Assembly (NCBI GenBank): GCA_965261715.1
Contig: OZ253471.1
Coordinates: 1,162,861 to 1,226,860 of the forward strand
Length of the DNA: 64,000 nucleotides
From: Dehalococcoidia bacterium
GTDB lineage: Bacteria; Chloroflexota; Dehalococcoidia; Bin125
Direction of reading: 5' to 3'
The notes beneath the pieces were generated by a model that saw nothing but the letters and a program-made list of their open reading frames with translations, had not been told where the DNA came from and ran no database searches. Both the position numbers and the translations under genes were made by a program. Positions 40,704-53,750 of the stretch are shown here, in pieces (position 1 is the stretch's first letter; each line of letters opens with the position of its first letter).

Positions 40704-41408
40704 CTAGCCGCAACTCAAATCGGCGGTCCCGGTCCGATCGACATGCGCCGCCAGCCAGCGGCGCGTATTCGGCGCAATCTCCTCCGGTAGCTGCGGCAGC
40801 ACTTCCTGCAGCCATCGCAGATCGGCCGGCGTGTCGAGATCGAACGCCCATACGTCGATCTGCGCCTCGCGAAATGGCACCCCTGCTTCGCCGGCCGCTG
40901 CCGCCGATTGCTCATGAGCTCGCGCAGACGATGGACCGAACTGCGGCGCAATCACGCCGGGTGGCCGCAAGAACAATCCATTGGTGCCTCCGTTATGTGC
41001 TGGAGCAACGACGACCGCAGGACCATCGGGCGCCGAAGCCACCACGAGGTCAACAGCGTCGGGCGTAATCAGCGGTACATCGGCCGGCACGATCAGTAGC
41101 GCGTCAGCATCAGCCAGAGCTTCCTGAGCGAACGATACGGCTCGGTTGTAGCCCAGACGCAACTCAGTCTGGTCAAGGAACCCGACATTCAATCGTGCAG
41201 CCTCATCGCGAGCTGCGACGTCGCGCGATGCGATCACTACACGCTCGACCGATTCCGCCGCCACGAGCGCCCTAGTGACGTCATCCAGCATGGCCAACAC
41301 GAGGGCGTTGCGATCGTCCACATCCAACAACGCCGCCAAGCGGCGCTTGCCGGCCGGCAGACCTCGGACGGGTACGACTGCAATCACACCTGTTGCGTCA
41401 GCTGACAT
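40704..41408 (-). CDS. cofC: 2-phospho-L-lactate/PEP guanylyltransferase (F420 biosynthesis)
   Basis: VVPVR...KRRL, AMLDDV, ADVP, GGTNGL, FG..S...H, DLDTPADL. Confidence 0.9.
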   Translation of the reverse strand: MSADATGVIAVVPVRGLPAGKRRLAALLDVDDRNALVLAMLDDVTRALVAAESVERVVIASRDVAARDEAARLNVGFLDQTELRLGYNRAVSFAQEALADADALLIVPADVPLITPDAVDLVVASAPDGPAVVVAPAHNGGTNGLFLRPPGVIAPQFGPSSARAHEQSAAAAGEAGVPFREAQIDVWAFDLDTPADLRWLQEVLPQLPEEIAPNTRRWLAAHVDRTGTADLSCG

Positions 41409-42339
41409 CAAGCGCCGCCTGTAGTGTTCCCGACGCCAACGCCATCTTCGCCGCAACGTCCGTCATCAGCGTCGCCATCACGACGACGCGCATCCCGGTC
41501 TCAGATTCAATCTCAGGCGCCAGGGACTGATCCTCCTCGTCGAGAATGAAGATGTCGGCGATTGAGCCATAGATTCGGGCCACGCCCAGGGCCGAGACAT
41601 CGTGGCCCAGGGACTGCAAAATGTCCGCCGCCGGACCTTTCACAGCTTGACCGCCGATGATCGGACTGATGGCCACGACTGGCGCACTGCTTGACACGAT
41701 CGCTTCTCGAACTCCGGGAACGCTCAACAACGGATCAATGCTGAGGAATGGGTTCGACGGAGCGATGACGATGACATCCGCCGACTGCAAGGCGTCCAAC
41801 ACGCCTGGAGCGGGACGCGCTGTGTCGGCGCCGTCGAATCGCAGAGCGTGAACCGGATCGGCGGCTCGTCGACGCACGAAGTAGTCCTGAAACGCTAATT
41901 CTCCCGCATCGGTGCGAACGACGGTCCGCAATCGATCGTCGGTGACCGGTGTGATACCGCATTCAAGGCCCAAGCGCCGCGTAAAGTCGCGGGTGATCTC
42001 CGAAAGTGGGTCGCCCTGAGCAAGCCGATGTGTCCGATACAGATGCGTGGCCAGATCGAGGTCGCCGATCATGAACCAGTCCGGTCCGCCCAACTCAGAG
42101 AGCCGGTCCAGCGTCCTGCGCGATTCTCCCCTGAGTCCCCAACCAGTTTCCGGATTCACGAGGTCGGCCAATGTGTAGGTGACGGTGTCCAGGTCCGGCG
42201 AAATGTGTAAACCGGACCAGTCCATGTCGTCGCCGACGTTGACGATGGCCGTGACGTCGGGCGCGGGCACAACTCGGACCAGTCCATCGAGAAACCGCGC
42301 AGCTCCCACGCCGCCGGCCAGCACCGCAACCCGGCTCAC
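41398..42339 (-). CDS. cofD: 2-phospho-L-lactate transferase (F420 biosynthesis)
   Basis: LAGGVGAARF, NVGDD, SPDLDT, GDLDLATH, FQDYFV, PSNPFLSI, KGPA. Confidence 0.95.
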   Translation of the reverse strand: MSRVAVLAGGVGAARFLDGLVRVVPAPDVTAIVNVGDDMDWSGLHISPDLDTVTYTLADLVNPETGWGLRGESRRTLDRLSELGGPDWFMIGDLDLATHLYRTHRLAQGDPLSEITRDFTRRLGLECGITPVTDDRLRTVVRTDAGELAFQDYFVRRRAADPVHALRFDGADTARPAPGVLDALQSADVIVIAPSNPFLSIDPLLSVPGVREAIVSSSAPVVAISPIIGGQAVKGPAADILQSLGHDVSALGVARIYGSIADIFILDEEDQSLAPEIESETGMRVVVMATLMTDVAAKMALASGTLQAALDVS

Positions 42340-42683
42340 GCCTCGTCTCCCTGCGCGCCGAACAGTGTCAAGGACAGATCAATGTCCCCGTCATCGCGCT
42401 GACGCAGCACAAGCTCACCGTCGTCGCCGCGCAATTGAAGGTCCAACCTGTCTTGCGAGGCCAGCTGCACATCTTGATCAAAACCGATCACCGCGTATAT
42501 CCCGTCTGATACCCCGTGAATCTCGAGGCTCAACTCTGCCTCCACTACCGTGCCGTCGCGGTCGACAACCAATCGTAGAGCGGCGTCGGCATCCTCAGTA
42601 TCGCCCACGATCTCGACATGCCGGCTCCCGTCGAGCTGTCGCTCATCTTCAACCAACGCTGCCGTGATCTCAATCAGTCTCAC
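42336..42683 (-). CDS. Acidic hypothetical protein
   Basis: Stop overlaps the cofD start; TAGGAT 6 nt upstream of GTG. Confidence 0.65.
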   Translation of the reverse strand: MRLIEITAALVEDERQLDGSRHVEIVGDTEDADAALRLVVDRDGTVVEAELSLEIHGVSDGIYAVIGFDQDVQLASQDRLDLQLRGDDGELVLRQRDDGDIDLSLTLFGAQGDEA

Positions 42684-42760
42684 GTGCGAATCCTACAACT
42701 GCGGCCGGGCCTCTTGACGATCAAACTTAAGGTTGACCCACGCGCCCGTACGCGTGACGC

Positions 42761-43363
42761 TTGGCCTACATGCTGATCGACATGCACACCCACACCTCGG
42801 TCTACTCGACCGACAGCAACTTGCTGCCCCACGAAGCCCTGGCCCATGCGGCGGAGCGAGGCATCGACGGCGTCATCCTGACCGAGCACGACGTCGTCTG
42901 GGCGGCTGATCGCACCGCGCGTCTGGCCGAGCAGATCGGCATCGTGGTGTTGCCCGGAGTCGAAGTGACGACCGAGCTCGGACATGTCCTGGTTTACGGG
43001 TTGCCGTCGCTCGTGCCGCGAATCACGGACTCCAAACGCCTCAGAGCGCTATGCGACGAGCACAATGCTCTGATGTTCCTGGCGCATCCCGCACGCGATC
43101 CGGGGTTGCGCGTGCCACGAGACGCCATGGATATGTTTGATGGCGTGGAGGGGCTCAACGGCTGCGACGGTCCACTACAGAATCAAAGTTCCTCGTCAAG
43201 GGGCCGGACCAGGCCTCTGCCGCCGATCGGTGGCAGTGACTCCCACGCCCTTCACGAAGTCGGTACCGCGGCAACCGACTTCGCGGCGGACATCCGCACC
43301 TTGGACGATCTGATGGCCGCTCTACGCAGCAAGGACTACCGACCTTCGGCTCTGCCCTACTAA
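42761..43363 (+). CDS. PHP-domain phosphoesterase
   Basis: DMHTHT, LTEHD, GVEVTT..GH, AHP, GGSDSH. Confidence 0.9.
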   Translation: MAYMLIDMHTHTSVYSTDSNLLPHEALAHAAERGIDGVILTEHDVVWAADRTARLAEQIGIVVLPGVEVTTELGHVLVYGLPSLVPRITDSKRLRALCDEHNALMFLAHPARDPGLRVPRDAMDMFDGVEGLNGCDGPLQNQSSSSRGRTRPLPPIGGSDSHALHEVGTAATDFAADIRTLDDLMAALRSKDYRPSALPY

Positions 43364-43386
43364 GCTCAGGGCCAGGAGCGCCGAAT

Positions 43387-44034
43387 ATGGGTCGATTTGA
43401 GCCACTCGACGAATCTGTACCGCCGCCGCGCGGCCTGTTCGGAGCAATCTGCGCCGCCTGCGGTAAGAACACCAATCTGGGCGTCAAGTTCTGCACCACC
43501 TGTCGGGTGCTTCGTTCAGACGCGGAACATGGACACTCGCCGCGCTACGCCGCCAGCCGCACATCGCGCTTCATGGGTTCCATCGCCGATGGGTTGATCC
43601 CAGCCGTGATCGGCATCGCCCTGAGCTTGCTCAGCGTCGGCGGGGTGTTGTCACTTGAGCTCTGGTTGGGATCCGTCATCTGGCTGATCTGGTTCGCCGC
43701 CGTCGCCAAACGCGGTCAAACTCCCGGCAAACAGCTCGTCTCAACTCAGGTCATCCGTATCGACGGCGCGCCAGCCTCTCGCAAATTGATGTGGGCGCGC
43801 GAAGTGGGATATCGCATCGCAATCAACACGCCAATGGTCCTGATCAGCTCCCTGTATCCGGAGTCTGCCATCGCCAGCCTCGTCGTGGCCCTGATTGCCC
43901 TGGTCGTAGTCGCCGACGGCGCCGCCATCTTCTTCAGCGCTGATCGGCAAACGCTCCACGACCGCGTATTTGGCACGCTGGTCATCAGTATTCGCGCAGT
44001 GCGACAGACCAGTGCGGAACTCCGTGCCCTGTGA
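43387..44034 (+). CDS. Zinc-ribbon plus RDD-family membrane protein 1
   Basis: CAAC...CTTC; R..D, GQTPGK, QTLHD. Confidence 0.85.
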   Translation: MGRFEPLDESVPPPRGLFGAICAACGKNTNLGVKFCTTCRVLRSDAEHGHSPRYAASRTSRFMGSIADGLIPAVIGIALSLLSVGGVLSLELWLGSVIWLIWFAAVAKRGQTPGKQLVSTQVIRIDGAPASRKLMWAREVGYRIAINTPMVLISSLYPESAIASLVVALIALVVVADGAAIFFSADRQTLHDRVFGTLVISIRAVRQTSAELRAL

Positions 44035-44585
44035 CCTCGCCGTCGGACAGGACGTTCGTCCTCGAATGCAATGTCTGTCACCGGCCCTCAGGACCAGGAA
44101 CCTACTTCTGCTCCAGTTGCGAGATTCTCAGCAGCGATCCGCAACGGCGTGCATATGCCGCGTCGCGTTGGTCACGGTTGGGCGCATTCTCACTCGACTA
44201 CCTGATCATCTGGCTCACCATCGGTGTTGGCTGGTTGATCTGGCTGGCAATCGTCGCGCCGCGCGGGCAATCGCCGGGTAAATCGCTGCTTGGTCTGTAC
44301 ATCCACCGAGTCGACGGCGACCAGGCCAACGCCAGCCACGTCTGGTTGCGCGAGTTTGGTTGGGATGCGGCGGTCGGCTTGATCGCTATTGCCCTTCTGG
44401 TGCTGTTCGGAGCGTTCGCCAGTTCGGTGGAAGAGTTCCTCATCCTCTGGTTCTGGCTGACCGTTCTCTTTTGGTCAGTGTCGTTCCTCGACGCCGCCTG
44501 GTTGCTTTGGGACCGAGACCGCCAGACCCTGCACGACAAGGTCCTGGGCACGCTCGTTGTCGAACGGGCCAGAACGCCCAACTGA
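44031..44585 (+). CDS. Zinc-ribbon plus RDD-family membrane protein 2
   Basis: CNVC...CSSC; RLGAFSLD, GQSPGK, QTLHDK. Confidence 0.85.
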   Translation: MTSPSDRTFVLECNVCHRPSGPGTYFCSSCEILSSDPQRRAYAASRWSRLGAFSLDYLIIWLTIGVGWLIWLAIVAPRGQSPGKSLLGLYIHRVDGDQANASHVWLREFGWDAAVGLIAIALLVLFGAFASSVEEFLILWFWLTVLFWSVSFLDAAWLLWDRDRQTLHDKVLGTLVVERARTPN

Positions 44586-44662
44586 CGACGACCTAATGTC
44601 CGCCGTGGCGAAACTGAGGATCGCAAAGCCAACTGTCGTAGCCTTATGGCGGAGGACAACCC

Positions 44663-45412
44663 ATGTCCACGCCACACGCGAGCAGCACCAGCGCTTTGCG
44701 TGCCGAACACTGTCCGATCTGCGACAAATACCCCGGCGTCGGAGCGTTCTGTAGTGAGTGCGGTGTCCTCACCTCCCATCCAACCTCAGGCGACTACGCA
44801 GCGCCCTACGTCCACCGGCTCGGTGGCGAACTCCTTGACCTGTTGATCTTCCTGCTCCTGCCGGTCTGGCTGGTCTGGATGTGGAACACCTCACGCGACG
44901 GCCAATCACCAGCCAAATCGTTACTCAACCTGTATGTGATCGACGAGTCCGGCCAACTAGTGACAGCCCAGCGGATGTGGATGCGCGAGTTGGTGATCAA
45001 GCGGCTCCTACTCGGCCTGCTTGGCTACGCGTTCGGTCTGTTGGGACCGATTATCAATGCCGGATGGATTCTGATGAATCCCGATAGACAATGCGTCCAT
45101 GATCGGTTCGTGGGAACGCTCGTCGTGGTCCGACGCGAACCGCCCCAACTCGCTACGCCTAGGTCGGAGTTTGCTCAGGGGGATGTGCAGTTGCCGCCAC
45201 CTGCGCCACGAGGACCGCGGGTCAGGCCGGCGCCGCCTCCGACGCTTCGCCCTGACATTCCGGCTCCCGCCTCAAGCCAGCTGGCGCCTGCCGAGAAGGC
45301 TCCGACATCTCCAGAACTCGAAGCGCTGGAGAGAGGGCGGACGGCGCTGTCCCAAGCCGAGTACGAGCACCGTCGCCAAGCTTTGATCAAGGAACTCGAG
45401 GACTCGGCCTGA
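44663..45412 (+). CDS. Zinc-ribbon plus RDD-family membrane protein 3 with Pro-rich linker and SHOCT-like tail
   Basis: CPIC...CSEC; RLGGELLD, GQSPAK, QCVHD; LSQAEYEHRRQAL. Confidence 0.85.
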   Translation: MSTPHASSTSALRAEHCPICDKYPGVGAFCSECGVLTSHPTSGDYAAPYVHRLGGELLDLLIFLLLPVWLVWMWNTSRDGQSPAKSLLNLYVIDESGQLVTAQRMWMRELVIKRLLLGLLGYAFGLLGPIINAGWILMNPDRQCVHDRFVGTLVVVRREPPQLATPRSEFAQGDVQLPPPAPRGPRVRPAPPPTLRPDIPAPASSQLAPAEKAPTSPELEALERGRTALSQAEYEHRRQALIKELEDSA

Positions 45413-45417
45413 GCCCG

Positions 45418-48300
<2,883 letters not shown>

Positions 48301-48480
48301 GTTCCGCTCTCCTGCACTAACAATAGTAGTACACTTGTCCTGTCGGGTAAGCCGTCGGCTGATGCGTCTTGCCCCTTATGTCTCCTAGTGGCTTGACTCT
48401 CCGTTTTTCCCCATTTGGGAGAATCGGAAAATGCACAAGTGCCTAAGCAACTAGACAAAAATATTAGCACTCAAGCAACA

Positions 48481-48509
48481 TCCTTGCAGCTTCGAGAGCG
48501 CTGCAAGGA
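48481..48509. promoter_or_regulatory. Perfect 10-bp inverted repeat in the divergent nrdJ intergenic region
   Basis: TCCTTGCAGC-9 nt-GCTGCAAGGA; function unknown. Confidence 0.45.
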
Positions 48510-48610
48510 ATTAACTGGAAGTGTTGAACTTGAAATCGATTCACTGGAGTGAAGCGACTTTCGAGCACCTGCTTAACCGCAAGCGCCAGTAAACTGGGTT
48601 TACGAACCGC

Positions 48611-49714
48611 TTGTACATCCCTGCCCACATCTCCACAGAAAGCGTTGAGAACGTGGACGCACCCATTCACCTGCCGCTCCTGCCCTGCGGCATCGGGTCT
48701 ACTCGACACACCGATGCCGCCGAAGCCACCGCCGAAATCCTCGAGGACTACTGGCGCCTCCCATTCTGGCCCCAGCTGCCCAACCGCACGCCCGAGGAAC
48801 AAATGATCCCGCAGACCGCGCTCTCCCTGCCCGGCGCATCCTGGGACGGCGAGTACATCACCTGGTCCGGCGAGATCTCCGACGCCGATCTCGCCAACGC
48901 CGATCTCCCACCCAGAGAACGTGCCGCAGGTCTGCATCAGCTCCTCGATCGCCTGCCGACCGTTCCCGAAGACCGCAAGTCCAAGGTCGTCAAGGGACAA
49001 ATCGTCGGACCATTGACCCTGTCTCGCTGGATGCGTGACGCCAACGGCAACGCGCCGCACGAGGATTTGCCGACACTCGAACGGCTCGCTGCCTGGCTCG
49101 GCCAAGCGGCAGCTCAGCAGGCGCGAGTCTTTCAGCGACTTGGCTACCAGGCCATCATCCTCTTCGACGAGCCCGAGTTAGCCTCAGTTGGTGAACCGTC
49201 AATCCCCTTGCCTTGGCGAGAAGTCGTGCCCGTCCTGCGCGCGGCAATCGAGCCGGTGCAGCGGATCGGCGCGCTGGCGGGCATTCATTGCTGCGCCTCG
49301 CCCAACTGGACGCGGGTCCTCGACTCACGCCCCAACCTGATTCACTTCGATGCGCGCGAGGGCCACGTCGAAGACGTGATCGAGCATCACCGAGCCGTCC
49401 GTGAACACGTAGCGCGCGGCGGCTACCTCGGTTGGGGCTTGTGGCCGACCGATGGTCGTGGGCCGTTCCCCTTCGATTCGAAGGAAATGCAATACTTCCT
49501 CGCCCACAAAGCGCGCGATCTCTCCTTTGTCGACGCGTCGGTCGGCTTGATATTCAAACGCTCGATGCTGACCGGCGTCTGCGGAGGCGCTGGACTCGAC
49601 GCCACAACCGAGCGCCGGGTCGCCGCCGACCTCGAGGCGTTGTCAATGGGCATCAGGCGCCGCTACTGGATCGCAGAGACGACCGACCTCGATCCCGACT
49701 CGCCGCTGACCTAG
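48611..49714 (+). CDS. Core (single-barrel) methionine synthase-like protein, MesB-like
   Basis: GIGS..H, FWPQLP, KGQIVGPLT, FDEP, IHCC, HFDA, WG.WPT, VCG. Confidence 0.75.
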   Translation: MYIPAHISTESVENVDAPIHLPLLPCGIGSTRHTDAAEATAEILEDYWRLPFWPQLPNRTPEEQMIPQTALSLPGASWDGEYITWSGEISDADLANADLPPRERAAGLHQLLDRLPTVPEDRKSKVVKGQIVGPLTLSRWMRDANGNAPHEDLPTLERLAAWLGQAAAQQARVFQRLGYQAIILFDEPELASVGEPSIPLPWREVVPVLRAAIEPVQRIGALAGIHCCASPNWTRVLDSRPNLIHFDAREGHVEDVIEHHRAVREHVARGGYLGWGLWPTDGRGPFPFDSKEMQYFLAHKARDLSFVDASVGLIFKRSMLTGVCGGAGLDATTERRVAADLEALSMGIRRRYWIAETTDLDPDSPLT

Positions 49715-50174
49715 GAATCCTCCGAACGACTCTGAGCCTCGCTTCCCCCCTCGCTTTCCCCTCGCGGAGACCTTTGCAAAAAACACGATTCCCCTCTCCC
49801 CCCCTTGCGGGGGGAGATGTCACGGAGTGACAGAGGGGGGGTCCGCCGCCAGCGACCAGATAGGCCGTGAGATGGGGAGCCCCCCCGCTGCCTTCGGCAT
49901 CTCCCCCGCAAGGGGGGAGAGGGGGAGTTTTTCAAAGGTCTCCTTGCGGGGGGAGATGTCACGGAGTGACAGAGGGGGGTCCGCCGCCAGCGACCAGATA
50001 GGCCGTGAGATGGGGAGCCCCCCTCTGCCTGCGCCATCTCCCCCGCGAGGGGGGAGAAGAGGACTTTATCAAGGGTGTCCGCGCGGGGGAAGCTGCCGAA
50101 AGCCGGCCCCGGACTTGATGCGGGGGCTGAAAGGGGGGCGCTCGACCACCGACGCAAGTTGCTCAGCCGATTCC
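49714..50174. mobile_element. TA-flanked MITE containing a GAGACCTTTG-ended element with a duplicated 3' part
   Basis: Outer TIRs GGAATCCTCCGAACGACT / AGTTGCTCAGCCGATTCC; inner GAGACCTTTGCAAAA (49767) to TTTTCAAAGGTCTC (49942); second inner end at 50079. Confidence 0.85.
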
Positions 50175-50197
50175 TGGCAACTGCGGACATCGTCACT

Positions 50198-51199
50198 TCA
50201 GCGGTAGCGCTCGAGGAACTCAAGCAACAGCCGGTTCACGTCCTCCGCGCACTCTTGCTGCACCCAATGCCCGCAATCGGGCAGATACATCAACTCGAAC
50301 GGGCCGCTGAACAAGCTGTCCATTCCCTCGGTCAGTTCTTTGCCGAGGGCTGTGTCGCGCTCACCCCAGAGCAATAGCGTCGGCGCGCCAATGGTTGGAA
50401 ACGTCGCTGGCTGCGCGGCAGATGGTCCGATCAAGTTGTCCAGCGCATTCGCGAGCCCCGAGAAGCGGCCACTCAATCGCGCCCGCGATTCCTGGGCGCC
50501 CGCCCTGACTGCCGCGCGATAGAAGTTCAGCGGGCCACTGAGACCATTGCGGGCCACGGCGCGTCGGTATTCCTGCTGCACTTCAGGCGGAAACGCTTCT
50601 GGATGCGCTGCCGTATCTCGAAACGCCCAGCCGACTCGTTCATAGTCGTTGGTCGCGAGCCAGCGTTCGGGAATCTTCGGAATCTGGAACATGAACATGT
50701 ACCAGGATCGGCCAATTTGCCGGAAGTTGGGTTTCCCGCCAAACGCTTCAGCCATCCGCTCCGGATGCGGCGCATTCATCACCACCAGCCGCTCGACCGA
50801 CGAGGGATAGTCCATCGCAAACTGCCAGGCCACCGCGCCGCCCCAGTCGTGACCAACGATCACGGCCCGCTCGCGGCCAAAGTGTCCAATCAGCCGTTGC
50901 ACATCTTCGGTGAGTAGGTCCATGTCGTAATCATGGATCTCCGATGGCGCTTCGGAGAGGTTGTAGCCGCGAAGATCCGGAGCCACGACCCAATATCCCG
51001 CAGCCGCCAGCGCCGGCATCTGCAGACGCCACGACCACCAGAACTCGGGGAAACCGTGCAACAAAATCGCCAGCGGCGCGCTGCTCAGGTCACCCTCAGG
51101 ACGCACCTCGGCATAATGCAGCCTGACCCCGCCTGAGCCCTCCGCGAAGCCATGAGTCCAGACACCTATTGGTTCAGACTCCGTCGACGGGTCGCTCAT
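50198..51199 (-). CDS. Epoxide hydrolase-like alpha/beta hydrolase
   Basis: HGFPE, GHDWGG, lid Tyr residues, GHWVQQE. Confidence 0.9.
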   Translation of the reverse strand: MSDPSTESEPIGVWTHGFAEGSGGVRLHYAEVRPEGDLSSAPLAILLHGFPEFWWSWRLQMPALAAAGYWVVAPDLRGYNLSEAPSEIHDYDMDLLTEDVQRLIGHFGRERAVIVGHDWGGAVAWQFAMDYPSSVERLVVMNAPHPERMAEAFGGKPNFRQIGRSWYMFMFQIPKIPERWLATNDYERVGWAFRDTAAHPEAFPPEVQQEYRRAVARNGLSGPLNFYRAAVRAGAQESRARLSGRFSGLANALDNLIGPSAAQPATFPTIGAPTLLLWGERDTALGKELTEGMDSLFSGPFELMYLPDCGHWVQQECAEDVNRLLLEFLERYR

Positions 51200-52095
51200 C
51201 GTAGCGACGCTCCGACGGCGTTCGGCGCGAGGAAGTCCAGCATCGCGGCCGTGACTTCTCCGGGCTTCTCTTGCTGAACCCAGTGACCGGCGCCATCGAT
51301 CAGCACCGTCTGCAGGTCGTCAACCTGCTCGGCCGCTTCCTCCATGAATGGCAAGCGGACCGCGCGGTCTTCACGTCCCCAGATGAATTGGGTCGGACAC
51401 GTAATCCGCCGATTGCGGTCGGGCCAGGTCAGGAACCAGTTCGGCCAATAGATGGAGCGGTAGTACTTCATCGCCGACGAGAGCGCATCCGGCTGCTTCA
51501 GCGCCTCTGCGAAGATTTCGAGGTCTTCTTCGCTGAACGCATCTTCGTTCTCTCCGACGCCCCTGAAGACGCGCCGCGTCGTCTCATCGACATCCGACCA
51601 CATCTTGCGCTCGGACAAACCCGGTACCTGCATCAGCAGCGCATAGGTGTTGTTTGGGTAATTCTGCTTGCCCCAGTACCACGAGCGGACCAACGGCGCA
51701 TTCATCACGATCAATCGGTCGCACGCCTGCGGGTAGTCAATTGGGAATTGCAGCGAAATCACGCCGCCCCAGTCGTGACCGACGATCGTCGCGGATGTCT
51801 CTCCCAGGGCGCGAATCAGGCCGCGGACGTCCTTGGTCAGGTTCTTGATGTCGTATCCCCCGCGAGGCTTGTCCGACAGGTTGTACCCCCGCATGTCCGG
51901 GGCCACGACTCGGAAACCCGCTTCGGCCAACGGACCTATCTGGTAGCGCCACGAGTACCAATGCTCGGGAAATCCGTGAAGCAACAGCACCAGTGGGCCT
52001 TCGCCCTGGGTCACATAGTGCAGGCGGACTCCGTTGGTTGTGGCGTAATCGTGAGTCCAGCCCGCTGGATCAAAACCAGGATCATCTGCGCTCAT
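51196..52095 (-). CDS. Epoxide hydrolase-like alpha/beta hydrolase (tandem paralogue)
   Basis: HGFPE, GHDWGG, YYR, GHWVQQE; ATGA overlap; GGAGG RBS. Confidence 0.9.
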   Translation of the reverse strand: MSADDPGFDPAGWTHDYATTNGVRLHYVTQGEGPLVLLLHGFPEHWYSWRYQIGPLAEAGFRVVAPDMRGYNLSDKPRGGYDIKNLTKDVRGLIRALGETSATIVGHDWGGVISLQFPIDYPQACDRLIVMNAPLVRSWYWGKQNYPNNTYALLMQVPGLSERKMWSDVDETTRRVFRGVGENEDAFSEEDLEIFAEALKQPDALSSAMKYYRSIYWPNWFLTWPDRNRRITCPTQFIWGREDRAVRLPFMEEAAEQVDDLQTVLIDGAGHWVQQEKPGEVTAAMLDFLAPNAVGASLR

Positions 52096-52152
52096 GCCTA
52101 CCTCCGCCTCGAGCGGCGCGTTGATGCGGCTCGAGCGTTCAAACTAAATCTG

Positions 52153-53490
52153 CTAGTTCAGCCAGGCCAAGGGATTGACCGCTTGGCCGTCGACGATGAT
52201 TTCGAAGTGCAGGTGCGCACCAGAGGAATTTCCGGTGTTCCCTACCGTTCCAATGTAAGCGTTGCTCTGCACCCATTCGCCTTCGCGGACCCAAATTTCA
52301 TTCAGGTGCGCATAACGCGACCGATATCCGCCGCCATGGTCGATCTCAATCCAGTTGCCGTAGGACGGATCCCACGTCGCGACTGATATTTGCCCCGCAG
52401 CCGTGGACCCGACAATCGTACCGACCGCTGCCGTGAAGTCCACGCCCGTGTGGTAGCCCAAGGAATTCGCTCGTGCCGACCCAAACAGGTCGCTAATTTC
52501 GTCATATCCCAAGGGCCAGATGAACGTCGGCACGGTCCAGACTTGCGCGCTCTGCCCGCCGCCGGAGTCTGAGGACGCAACGGCGCTGGTCGCAGGCAGC
52601 GACGCCGACCCCTGGACCAGAAGCAACTTCTGGCCGACATAGATCTGGTCCCGGCTGGAAATCCCATTGGCCGGATACGCCAGCGTCGCTTCCGCGTCCC
52701 CCTGGAAGTTCGCCATCAAGGAATCGAAGTTGTCCCCCGGCTGCACGGTGTACACCAGACCATCAACCGACGGCAGCTGCAGCAGCTGACCCACACTCAG
52801 GTGATTCGGGTCATAGATGTCGAAGTTGTTGAACAGAACCGTCGCTTCTTCCAGACCGAATCGGGACGCAATGCTAGATGCGGTATCGCTCTGCTGTACC
52901 TCATAGGTGAATGACACCGGCAATAGCGCCGCGGCGTGCAGGCCCAGGTGGTCGCGAATCCGCGACGCCGGATCGTCAAGCACCGCCGCGCTGACCGATG
53001 CTTCGCTTGTGGCAACTTCTGGCGATGCGCCGTCGACCTGGGTCGAAGCAGCAACGGTCTCGTCCGGCCGTGCGGCGGCAGTCGCTCCGCCTTGCTCAAC
53101 CTCACGAGGTCTTGCCGGCGATGTGAGCACCGACCGCTGGGAATCAATCTCGGTCGTAAGGGATCGAGCGCCGGTCTCGGCGACCGATCCGGCTGCCTCA
53201 CTCTGCGGTCGAGCGGCCGCAGTGGGTACTGGCACGGTCGCCGGAGTTGGCACCAATGCGGTTCGCTCAGTGGATTCGACGGCCGTTGGCGCAGGCAATC
53301 CGGCCGGCAGCACACCTTCCGACGACAGCCGAATGTCAAACACGACCGCCAGCATGGCGACCAATGTGGCCGTCGTCAAGATCAGCAGTGACCATTGCCG
53401 ACCGCTGACAGCAGTGCGTTGCGGTGGACTCTCCACCGTGGCCCAGCCGCCCAGGCGATTGCTGACCAGCGGCTCTGCCAATCTCAGCAT
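52153..53490 (-). CDS. M23 peptidase with LysM domains
   Basis: TM segment, two LysM-like repeats, HTGVD, YAHL, HLHFE. Confidence 0.92.
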   Translation of the reverse strand: MLRLAEPLVSNRLGGWATVESPPQRTAVSGRQWSLLILTTATLVAMLAVVFDIRLSSEGVLPAGLPAPTAVESTERTALVPTPATVPVPTAAARPQSEAAGSVAETGARSLTTEIDSQRSVLTSPARPREVEQGGATAAARPDETVAASTQVDGASPEVATSEASVSAAVLDDPASRIRDHLGLHAAALLPVSFTYEVQQSDTASSIASRFGLEEATVLFNNFDIYDPNHLSVGQLLQLPSVDGLVYTVQPGDNFDSLMANFQGDAEATLAYPANGISSRDQIYVGQKLLLVQGSASLPATSAVASSDSGGGQSAQVWTVPTFIWPLGYDEISDLFGSARANSLGYHTGVDFTAAVGTIVGSTAAGQISVATWDPSYGNWIEIDHGGGYRSRYAHLNEIWVREGEWVQSNAYIGTVGNTGNSSGAHLHFEIIVDGQAVNPLAWLN

Positions 53491-53576
53491 CCGCGCAGCC
53501 CCTTTGTAAACTGGTGGTCATCGACTGTCTACATTACGTCAGCAGTTTATCGCAGTCTGAACCCGTTCGAACCCGC

Positions 53577-53605
53577 GTGACAATTCCGTTTCGATCGGCT
53601 AATAT
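53577..53605 (+). promoter_or_regulatory. Sigma70-type promoter
   Basis: GTGACA-17 nt-TAATAT. Confidence 0.55.
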
Positions 53606-53636
53606 GAGCTTGGTTGGGAATCGATAGGAGGATTAG

Positions 53637-53702
53637 ATGCGCAAGCTCAATATCCATCTCATCTTTGGAGTCCTTCAAGTTGACCGTCTAGGCTCCCGTT
53701 AG
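53637..53702 (+). CDS. Putative 21-aa leader peptide MRKLNIHLIFGVLQVDRLGSR
   Basis: AGGAGG 5 nt before ATG, promoter upstream, two hairpins downstream. Confidence 0.55.
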   Translation: MRKLNIHLIFGVLQVDRLGSR

Positions 53703-53727
53703 GGAGCCGAAGACACACGAGAAGATG

Positions 53728-53750
53728 CGCCCCCGCTAGGGGGCGTTGTC
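53728..53750 (+). terminator. GC-rich hairpin, possible attenuator or terminator
   Basis: CGCCCCC-gcta-GGGGGCG followed by a weak U tract (TTGTC). Confidence 0.45.

Noticed and set aside
48301-48610. Cobalamin riboswitch or NrdR boxes upstream of nrdJ
   Set aside because: Only fragments (GCCACT on the minus strand; ACTAACAATAGTAGT) are present; neither consensus could be completed by eye
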